Assembly (NCBI GenBank): GCA_963920595.1
Contig: OY986947.1
Location: forward strand, 5,022,001 to 5,086,000
From: Eimeria praecox
Taxonomy: Eukaryota
Length of the DNA: 64,000 nucleotides
Direction: 5' to 3'
Part shown: piece by piece, positions 57,201-64,000 of the stretch
How positions within the stretch are numbered: the first letter of the stretch is position 1
Layout of the letters: every line of letters starts with the position of its first letter
Made by a program: the position numbers and the translations under genes
Notes under the pieces: generated by a model
Databases searched by the model: none
Seen by the model: the letters and a program-made list of their open reading frames with translations, nothing else
Told to the model about the DNA's origin: nothing

Positions 57201-60200
57201 GCGACGTTTCAGGGATGCGTCGAACGTGGCTGGAGGTGGAGCCGAAGGGCCGCGGCGTGAAGTGTCGCGTGTCAGCGAAAACGGAAGCTCTTGCATTGAT
57301 ACACAGGAACGGCAGACGAGCCACGGCGCTCCGACTCCGTGTGGGGAAGAGGATGGTACATCCTTGCACAGCATTGTGGGTTTTGCTCGGGAGGCTGCGG
57401 ATGGGGACGAAAGCTTCCAGGATGCGTCGACCGGGGGTGGAGGAGAAGCGGAAGAGCCGAAGCGTGACGGGTCGCGGGCCAGCGAGGGCAGAGTCTCGTG
57501 CGGGGATGCAGAGAAACGCCGGGCGGACCAGGAAGCATCTGCAGCAAGTGTGGATGCGGGTGGTCCTTCGTTATGGTCTAGTTTCGTCTCCGTGCTGACG
57601 CGTGTTGAGGGGTCAGACGATAGTTTTCAGGATGCTTCCAACGGTGTTGGAAGGGAGGCATCAGAAGGGAAGCGGGAGATGTCGCGTGCCAGCGAGGGTA
57701 CAGGGTCGTGTGAGGGTACGGAGCGTGACCAAGCGAGTCAGGGCGTTTCGCCAGTTATTGGGGAAGACGCAGGTGCTTCATCCTGCAGCAGCTTGATTTT
57801 GGGGCACGATGGTGCGAGCGCTGGTGACAGTTTCCAGGATCCGTCGAAAGAGGCTGGAGAGAGGGCAGGAGATCCGCAGCGTGAGGTGTCACGTGTCAGT
57901 GAGGGTGCCAGGTCGCGCAGCGTGGATGGGGAGGAGCGGCAGACGAGCCAGGGTGGGCCTCCAGTGGATTCCGCTGGGGCTGGCGTATCCTTCTGCAGGG
58001 GTTCGGGTTTGGTGGAGGAAGCTGCAGCGGAGGCCAAGAGGTTCCAGGATGCGTCGAACGTGGCTGGAGGTGAAGCCGAAGGGCCGCGGCGTGACGTGTC
58101 GCGTGTCAGCGAAAACGGAAGCTCTTGCATTGATACACAGGAACGGCAGACGAGCCACGGCGCTCCGACTCCGTGTGGGGAAGAGGATGGTACATCCTTG
58201 CACAGCATTGTGGGTTTTGCTCGGGAGGCTGCGGATGGGGACGAAAGCTTCCAGGATGCGTCGACCGGGGGTGGAGGAGAAGCGGAAGAGCCGAAGCGTG
58301 ACGGGTCGCGGGCCAGCGAGGGCAGAGTCTCGTGCGGGGATGCAGAGAAACGCCGGGCGGACCAGGAAGCATCTGCAGCAAGTGTGGATGCGGGTGGTCC
58401 TTCGTTATGGTCTAGTTTCGTCTCCGTGCTGAAGCGTGTTGAGGGGTCAGACGATAGTTTTCAGGATGCTTCCAACGGTGTTGGAAGGGAGGCATCAGAA
58501 GGGAAGCGGGAGATGTCGCGTGCCAGCGAGGGTACAGGGTCGTGTGAGGGTACGGAGCGTGACCAAGCGAGTCAGGGCGTTTCGCCAGTTATTGGGGAAG
58601 ACGCAGGTGCTTCATCCTGCAGCAGCTTGATTTTGGGGCACGATGGTGCGAGCGCTGGTGACAGTTTCCAGGATCCGTCGAAAGAGGCTGGAGAGAGGGC
58701 AGGAGATCCGCAGCGTGAGGTGTCACGTGTCAGTGAGGGTGCCAGGTCGCGCAGCGTGGATGGGGAGGAGCGGCAGACGAGCCAGGGTGGGCCTCCAGTG
58801 GATTCCGCTGGGGCTGGCGTATCCTTCTGCAGGGGTTCGGGTTTGGTGGAGGAAGCTGCAGCGGAGGCCAAGAGGTTCCAGGATGCGTCGAACGTGGCTG
58901 GAGGTGAAGCCGAAGGGCCGCGGCGTGACGTGTCGCGTGTCAGCGAAAACGGAAGCTCTTGCATTGATACACAGGAACGGCAGACGAGCCACGGCGCTCC
59001 GACTCCGTGTGGGGAAGAGGATGGTACATCCTTGCACAGCATTGTGGGTTTTGCTCGGGAGGCTGCGGATGGGGACGAAAGCTTCCAGGATGCGTCGACC
59101 GGGGGTGGAGGAGAAGCGGAAGAGCCGAAGCGTGACGGGTCGCGGGCCAGCGAGGGCAGAGTCTCGTGCGGGGATGCAGAGAAACGCCGGGCGGACCAGG
59201 AAGCATCTGCAGCAAGTGTGGATGCGGGTGGTCCTTCGTTATGGTCTAGTTTCGTCTCCGTGCTGAAGCGTGTTGAGGGGTCAGACGATAGTTTTCAGGA
59301 TGCTTCCAACGGTGTTGGAAGGGAGGCATCAGAAGGGAAGCGGGAGATGTCGCATGCCAGCGAGGGTACAGGGTCGTGTGAGGGTACGGAGCGTGACCAA
59401 GCGAGTCAGGGCGTTTCGCCAGTTATTGGGGAAGACGCAGGTGCTTCATCCTGCAGCAGCTTGATTTTGGGGCACGATGGTGCGAGCGCTGGTGACAGTT
59501 TCCAGGATCCGTCGAAAGGGGCTGGAGAGAGGGCAGGAGATCCGCAGCGTGAGGTGTCACGTGTCAGCGAGGGTGCCAGGTCGCGCAGCGTGGATGGGGA
59601 GGAGCGGCAGACGAGCCAGGGTGGGCCTCCAGTGGATTCCGCTGGGGCTGGCGTGTCCTCCTGCAGGGGTTCGGGTTTGGTGGAGGAAGCTGCAGCGGAG
59701 GCCAAGAGGTTCCAGGATGCGTCGAACGTGGCTGGAGGTGAAGCCGAAGGGCCGCGGCGTGACGTGTCGCGTGTCAGCGAAAACGGAAGCTCTTGCGTTG
59801 ATACACAGGAACGGCAGACGAGCCACGGCGCTCCGACTCCGTGTGGGGAAGAGGATGGTACATCCTTGCACAGCATTGTGGGTTTTGCTCGGGAGGCTGC
59901 GGATGGGGACGAAAGCTTCCAGGATGCGTCGACCGGGGGTGGAGGAGAAGCGAAAGAGCCGAAGCGTGACGGGTCGCGGGCCAGCAAGGGCAGAGTCTCG
60001 TGCGGGGATGCAGAGAAACGCCGGGCGGACCAGGAAGCACCTGCAGCAAGTGTGGATGCGGGTGGTCCTTCGTTATGGTCTAGTTTCGTCTCCGTGCTGA
60101 AGCGTGTTGAGGGGTCAGACGACAGTTTTCAGGATGCTTCCAACGGTGTTGGAGGGGAGGCATCAGAGGGGAAGCGGGAGATGTCGCGTGCCAGCGAGGG

Positions 60201-63200
60201 TACAGGGTCGTGTGAGGGTACGGAGCGTGACCAAGCGAGTCAGGGCGTTTCGCCAGTTATTGGGGAAGACGCAGGTGCTTCATCCTGCAGCAGCTTGATT
60301 TTGGGGCACGATGGTGCGAGCGCTGGTGACAGTTTCCAGGATCCGTCGAAAGAGGCTGGAGAGAGGGCAGGAGATCCGCAGCGTGAGGTGTCACGTGTCA
60401 GCGAGGGTGCCAGGTCGCGCAGCGTGGATGCGGAGGAGCGGCAGACGAGCCAGGGTGGGCCTCCAGTGGGTTCCGCTGGGGCTGGCGTATCCTCCTGCAG
60501 GGGTTTGGGTTTGGTGGAGGAAGCTGCAGCGGAGGCCAAGAGGTTCCAGGATGCGTCGAACGTGGCTGGAGGTGGAGCCGAAGGGCCGCGGCGTGAAGTG
60601 TCGCGTGTCAGCGAAAACGGAAGCTCTTGCATTGATACACAGGAACGGCAGATGAGCCACGGGGCTCCGACTCCGTGTGGGGAAGAGGATGGTACATCCT
60701 TGCACAGCATTGTGGGTTTTGCTCGGGAGGCTGCGGATGGGGACGAAAGCTTCCAGGATGCGTCGACCGGGGGTGGAGGAGAAGCGGAAGAGCCGAAGCG
60801 TGACGGGTCGCGGGCCAGCGAGGGCAGAGTCTCGTGCGGGGATGCAGAGAAACGCCGGGCGGACCAGGAAGCATCTGCAGCAAGTGTGGATGCGGGTGGT
60901 CCTTCGTTATGGTCTAGTTTCGTCTCCGTGCTGAAGCGTGTTGAGGGGTCAGACGATAGTTTTCAGGATGCTTCCAACGGTGTTGGAAGGGAGGCATCAG
61001 AAGGGAAGCGGGAGATGTCGCATGCCAGCGAGGGTACAGGGTCGTGTGAGGGTACGGAGCGTGACCAAGCGAGTCAGGGCGTTTCGCCAGTTATTGGGGA
61101 AGACGCAGGTGCTTCATCCTGCAGCAGCTTGATTTTGGGGCACGATGGTGCGAGCGCTGGTGACAGTTTCCAGGATCCGTCGAAAGAGGCTGGAGAGAGG
61201 GCAGGAGATCCGCAGCGTGAGGTGTCACGTGTCAGTGAGGGTGCCAGGTCGCGCAGCGTGGATGCGGAGGAGCGGCAGACGAGCCAGGGTGGGCCTCCAG
61301 TGGGTTCCGCTGGGGCTGGCGTATCCTCCTGCAGGGGTTTGGGTTTGGTGGAGGAAGCTGCAGCGGAGGCCAAGAGGTTCCAGGATGCGTCGAACGTGGC
61401 TGGAGGTGGAGCCGAAGGGCCGCGGCGTGAAGTGTCGCGTGTCAGCGAAAACGGAAGCTCTTGCATTGATACACAGGAACGGCAGACGAGCCACGGCGCT
61501 CCGACTCCGTGTGGGGAAGAGGATGGTACATCCTTGCACAGCATTGTGGGTTTTGCTCGGGAGGCTGCGGATGGGGACGAAAGCTTCCAGGATGCGTCGA
61601 CCGGGGGTGGAGGAGAAGCGGAAGAGCCGAAGCGTGACGGGTCGCGGGCCAGCGAGGGCAGAGTCTCGTGCGGGGATGCAGAGAAACGCCGGGCGGACCA
61701 GGAAGCATCTGCAGCAAGTGTGGATGCGGGTGGTCCTTCGTTATGGTCTAGTTTCTTCTCCGTGCTGAAGCGTGTTGAGGGGGCAGACGACAGTTTTCAG
61801 GATGCTTCCAACGGTGTTGGAGGGGAGGCATCAGAAGGGAAGCGGGAGATGTCGCGTGCCAGCGAGGGTACAGGGTCGTGTGAGGGTACGGAGCGTGACC
61901 AAGCGAGTCAGGGCGTTTCGCCAGTTATTGGGGAAGACGCAGGTGCTTCATCCTGCAGCAGCTTGATTTTGGGGCACGATGGTGCGAGCGCTGGTGACAG
62001 TTTCCAGGATCCGTCGAAAGAGGCTGGAGAGAGGGCAGGAGATCCGCAGCGTGAGGTGTCACGTGTCAGTGAGGGTGCCAGGTCGCGCAGCGTGGATGCG
62101 GAGGAGCGGCAGACGAGCCAGGGTGGGCCTCCAGTGGGTTCCGCTGGGGCTGGCGTATCCTCCTGCAGGGGTTTGGGTTTGGTGGAGGAAGCTGCAGCGG
62201 AGGCCAAGAGGTTCCAGGATGCGTCGAACGTGGCTGGAGGTGGAGCCGAAGGGCCGCGGCGTGAAGTGTCGCGTGTCAGCGAAAACGGAAGCTCTTGCAT
62301 TGATACACAGGAACGGCAGACGAGCCACGGCGCTCCGACTCCGTGTGGGGAAGAGGATGGTACATCCTTGCACAGCATTGTGGGTTTTGCTCGGGAGGCT
62401 GCGGATGGGGACGAAAGCTTCCAGGATGCGTCGACCGGGGGTGGAGGAGAAGCGGAAGAGCCGAAGCGTGACGGGTCGCGGGCCAGCGAGGGCAGAGTCT
62501 CGTGCGGGGATGCAGAGAAACGCCGGGCGGACCAGGAAGCATCTGCAGCAAGTGTGGATGCGGGTGGTCCTTCGTTATGGTCTAGTTTCTTCTCCGTGCT
62601 GACGCGTGTTGAGGGGTCAGACGACAGTTTTCAGGATGCTTCCAACGGTGTTGGAGGGGAGGCATCAGAGGGGAAGCGGGAGATGTCGCGTGCCAGCGAG
62701 GGTACAGGGTCGTGTGAGGGTACGGAGCGTGACCAAGCGAGTCAGGGCGTTTCGCCAGTTATTGGGGAAGACGCAGGTGCTTCATCCTGCAGCAGCTTGA
62801 TTTTGGGGCACGATGGTGCGAGCGCTGGTGACAGTTTCCAGGATCCGTCGAAAGAGGCTGGAGAGAGGGCAGGAGATCCGCAGCGTGAGGTGTCACGTGT
62901 CAGCGAGGGTGCCAGGTCGCGCAGCGTGGATGCGGAGGAGCGGCAGACGAGCCAGGGTGGGCCTCCAGTGGATTCCGCTGGGGCTGGCGTATCCTTCTGC
63001 AGGGGTTCGGGTTTGGTGGAGGAAGCTGCAGCGGAGGCCAAGAGGTTCCAGGATGCGTCGAACGTGGCTGGAGGTGGAGCCGAAGGGCCGCGGCGTGAAG
63101 TGTCGCGTTGCGGCGAGCGACGGGGCTCGTGGGGGGGAGCACAAGAGAGAGCGACATTGCAGTGCAGCTCCCCAGAAAGTGTGGAAGCCTGTGGTGCGTC

Positions 63201-64000
63201 CTTGTACGGCTTTTCTCGGGAGGCCTCTGATGGGGACGAAAGCTTCCAGGATGTGCCGGATGCTGCTGAGGGGGAGGTGGAAGGGCCAAAGAGTGAGGTT
63301 TGGCGTGAAAGCAAAGGAAGAGGCTCGTCGGGTGATAATCAAGAGCAGCAGACGGGGCTTGGTAGTTCGACGACCAGTGTGGAGAGGGCGGGTGCATCGC
63401 TCTGGAGCAGTTTATGTGTAGCGATGAAATCTGCAGAGGAGACGGATGGGAGCTGTCAGGTTTTATCACACGGTCTTGCAGGGGTAGCTGAAGAGAAGAA
63501 GCTCGGGGTATCGCTTGGCAGCGAAGGTAGAATCGCATGTGTGAATGCGGAAGGGCGTCAGATGAGGCAGCGGGCATCCACTGTGGAAGGGGCATCATCT
63601 AGGGAATGCGTGGGGTTCGCGAAGGAGGCTGCGGAGACTAGTGAGAGCTTCCAGGATGTGTCGGACATGATTGAAAGAGGGGTCGAGGAGCCGAAGCTTG
63701 GCCTATCGCCTGGGCGCGATGTTACAAGCTCTTCTGGGGGCACGCAAGAAATCCAGGCGGGCACGGGAGATTCTGTGAGTGGGAGAAACTGTGTGCAGCA
63801 AGTGGACCTTCAGGAAGCACCCAGTGGACCCCTCGGGCACACAGGAAAAATCCCAGACAACAACAACGGAGATCCATCTCTTGGAGTGTCGCTAACAAGG
63901 CGGGAGATGCAGCAGAGTCGGGAAGAGGATTTGACAAGATATTATGGAACATCAGTGATGCCTTTAATCGATGGAGATATGGGGATAGCAGCGGACGGGT
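54202..64000 (+). CDS. Giant (>3260 aa) acidic Ser/Gly-rich tandem-repeat protein; runs off the window end
   Basis: Frame +1 is open after the TAG at 54154-54156. I read it codon by codon through the unique parts and one full repeat, and the track lists no closed ORF in this frame. First ATG is at 54202 (gccATG TTT TGG TGG). It is absent from the ORF track because there is no stop in the window. The start may be spliced to an upstream exon. Confidence 0.85.
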   Translation, partial: MFWWRHTGGTPPESSPSDCPSTGESGLSPASPALSTDEGAAQSIAWEDQASGNVRRSADAAPEAPLGRPSSATACERPRSSAHRRRTSSPRRGRSRFRTGSSILHPPDLRKLCHEGIDVNRSGSGPHAVGGECLSPQSEEYLSACSEAFNSVAASEDKDMSFMTGTASPQSDSDSAVRLHHGSLSSSSCMSSTSPRVAEDSNPRLHSAPEGLVGASVTAASLAVRSLSLPLLGPPMSTTASRVLAGRPLTPFRWVCRSPSNNGKGGDGQKPLHVQMKAFATKTSLNTRRSASNGRLTPCSLQAASRSSSREVSQEHAPGINKGSFSDYGPCLAREARGAGKRWGSKSFKELGTSPQELCSLSPVAKLTIPHGDPELLSVGLSPNNRDREDNDTSELKEPHGGACTKSKSFQYGTPAADVFGPVDHERRGQSWTPHNTKSSSAQLLPTSNSADYLPFLLLSSPHPTEPLHPPGEAERHRAGKQCGESKVPTQENCREALHLSRRRDTGAVNPGILGEQPNLRTPRRMYSIGNSFSVSNGDGICASSGIDRNLQQSYKEHGASPVIVQGPDASPCSNVSFARESAKADENFQDAPDVVGGEVEAPQREVSHGSEGRTSCGDEQQSRTRQRVASARVQGASALSWSNLGFARDAAEAEGSFQEASSVVGGEIEELQLEVSCGKEGRRSCGDTQQNHTRQSAVPANVQEPRASSCSSLAFVEESAEADGNLQGLPDEGGEGANELQSELSSETEGPGWRGDTQQNHTSQRTVPFSVQGAALSLSSSVDSARNAAEADESFQDASDVGEEGAGGQQREMPRGGNGEASCWDEQQSRARQGTSPASVCGPGASPSNSVDFSRESAEECQNVQNAPDVVGGEAAVPQHEVSRDSEGMRLSGDAQELHTRQGTLVLSVDGASSPSCLTLSLARGAAKPEKSLYDETPGPNGEAGQPASGTSHGSDATSWCHDLHQTQANQAALPATRKDAGALSGHTWVLGCGAGDGKRRFRDASNVAGGGAEGPRREVSRVSENGSSCIDTQERQTSHGAPTPCGEEDGTSLHSIVGFAREAADGDESFQDASTGGGGEAEEPKRDGSRASEGRVSCGDAEKRRADQEASAASVDAGGPSLWSSFVSVLTRVEGSDDSFQDASNGVGREASEGKREMSRASEGTGSCEGTERDQASQGVSPVIGEDAGASSCSSLILGHDGASAGDSFQDPSKEAGERAGDPQREVSRVSEGARSRSVDGEERQTSQGGPPVDSAGAGVSFCRGSGLVEEAAAEAKRFQDASNVAGGEAEGPRRDVSRVSENGSSCIDTQERQTSHGAPTPCGEEDGTSLHSIVGFAREAADGDESFQDASTGGGGEAEEPKRDGSRASEGRVSCGDAEKRRADQEASAASVDAGGPSLWSSFVSVLKRVEGSDDSFQDASNGVGREASEGKREMSRASEGTGSCEGTERDQASQGVSPVIGEDAGASSCSSLILGHDGASAGDSFQDPSKEAGERAGDPQREVSRVSEGARSRSVDGEERQTSQGGPPVDSAGAGVSFCRGSGLVEEAAAEAKRFQDASNVAGGEAEGPRRDVSRVSENGSSCIDTQERQTSHGAPTPCGEEDGTSLHSIVGFAREAADGDESFQDASTGGGGEAEEPKRDGSRASEGRVSCGDAEKRRADQEASAASVDAGGPSLWSSFVSVLKRVEGSDDSFQDASNGVGREASEGKREMSHASEGTGSCEGTERDQASQGVSPVIGEDAGASSCSSLILGHDGASAGDSFQDPSKGAGERAGDPQREVSRVSEGARSRSVDGEERQTSQGGPPVDSAGAGVSSCRGSGLVEEAAAEAKRFQDASNVAGGEAEGPRRDVSRVSENGSSCVDTQERQTSHGAPTPCGEEDGTSLHSIVGFAREAADGDESFQDASTGGGGEAKEPKRDGSRASKGRVSCGDAEKRRADQEAPAASVDAGGPSLWSSFVSVLKRVEGSDDSFQDASNGVGGEASEGKREMSRASEGTGSCEGTERDQASQGVSPVIGEDAGASSCSSLILGHDGASAGDSFQDPSKEAGERAGDPQREVSRVSEGARSRSVDAEERQTSQGGPPVGSAGAGVSSCRGLGLVEEAAAEAKRFQDASNVAGGGAEGPRREVSRVSENGSSCIDTQERQMSHGAPTPCGEEDGTSLHSIVGFAREAADGDESFQDASTGGGGEAEEPKRDGSRASEGRVSCGDAEKRRADQEASAASVDAGGPSLWSSFVSVLKRVEGSDDSFQDASNGVGREASEGKREMSHASEGTGSCEGTERDQASQGVSPVIGEDAGASSCSSLILGHDGASAGDSFQDPSKEAGERAGDPQREVSRVSEGARSRSVDAEERQTSQGGPPVGSAGAGVSSCRGLGLVEEAAAEAKRFQDASNVAGGGAEGPRREVSRVSENGSSCIDTQERQTSHGAPTPCGEEDGTSLHSIVGFAREAADGDESFQDASTGGGGEAEEPKRDGSRASEGRVSCGDAEKRRADQEASAASVDAGGPSLWSSFFSVLKRVEGADDSFQDASNGVGGEASEGKREMSRASEGTGSCEGTERDQASQGVSPVIGEDAGASSCSSLILGHDGASAGDSFQDPSKEAGERAGDPQREVSRVSEGARSRSVDAEERQTSQGGPPVGSAGAGVSSCRGLGLVEEAAAEAKRFQDASNVAGGGAEGPRREVSRVSENGSSCIDTQERQTSHGAPTPCGEEDGTSLHSIVGFAREAADGDESFQDASTGGGGEAEEPKRDGSRASEGRVSCGDAEKRRADQEASAASVDAGGPSLWSSFFSVLTRVEGSDDSFQDASNGVGGEASEGKREMSRASEGTGSCEGTERDQASQGVSPVIGEDAGASSCSSLILGHDGASAGDSFQDPSKEAGERAGDPQREVSRVSEGARSRSVDAEERQTSQGGPPVDSAGAGVSFCRGSGLVEEAAAEAKRFQDASNVAGGGAEGPRREVSRCGERRGSWGGAQERATLQCSSPESVEACGASLYGFSREASDGDESFQDVPDAAEGEVEGPKSEVWRESKGRGSSGDNQEQQTGLGSSTTSVERAGASLWSSLCVAMKSAEETDGSCQVLSHGLAGVAEEKKLGVSLGSEGRIACVNAEGRQMRQRASTVEGASSRECVGFAKEAAETSESFQDVSDMIERGVEEPKLGLSPGRDVTSSSGGTQEIQAGTGDSVSGRNCVQQVDLQEAPSGPLGHTGKIPDNNNGDPSLGVSLTRREMQQSREEDLTRYYGTSVMPLIDGDMGIAADG
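55890..63720 (+). repeat. Coding tandem array: ~38 units of 207/210 bp, including seven near-identical 834-bp higher-order repeats (57208-63107)
   Basis: FQD-equivalent codons at 55966, 56173, 56380, 56587, 56794, 57001 and 57208. Spacing then runs 207+210+207+210=834 to 63046, followed by diverged units at 63244 and 63649. Shadow ORFs in the track recur every 834 bp. Confidence 0.95.

Noticed and set aside
55988..63598. Arg-rich plus-strand ORFs and repeated minus-strand ORFs recurring every 834 bp as a multigene family
   Set aside because: Alternative frames of the single giant ORF; they are interrupted by stops in every repeat while frame +1 stays open.

Overview
Eukaryotic, intron-rich DNA with the hallmarks of a coccidian apicomplexan, most likely Eimeria: CAG/CTG trinucleotide tracts, telomere-like TTTAGGG heptamers and TGCATGCA octamers. 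The window crosses a switch from a repeat-rich segment (~1-34.3 kb) to a repeat-poor segment (~35-64 kb). I reconstructed exons by hand, checking GT-AG boundaries and reading phase, and found nine genes. In order: (1) the 3' part of a coiled-coil/Ala-Gln protein; (2) a 1329-aa low-complexity protein; (3) an 11-exon FAF2/UBXD8-like UAS-UBX protein; (4) COQ5/UbiE methyltransferase, head-to-head with gene 3; (5) a 16-exon C2-domain multi-pass membrane protein that straddles the repeat-rich/repeat-poor boundary; (6) glutamine:fructose-6-phosphate amidotransferase with a 105-aa presequence before its catalytic Cys; (7) an LRR protein; (8) a 7-exon secreted rhoptry-like protein; (9) a >3260-aa open frame that the ORF track misses because it runs off the window. 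Gene 9 is built from ~38 copies of a ~69-aa unit, including seven near-identical 834-bp higher-order repeats. The most unusual signals are: a ~10-copy array of a palindromic GAGGTGTATATACACCTC element whose dispersed copies coincide with splice donors and a bidirectional promoter; tandem duplications of exon/intron junctions that create ready-made micro-exons; and a repeated FFAT-like (acidic-SFQDAS) motif in the giant protein. All homology calls are from motif recognition, not database searches.
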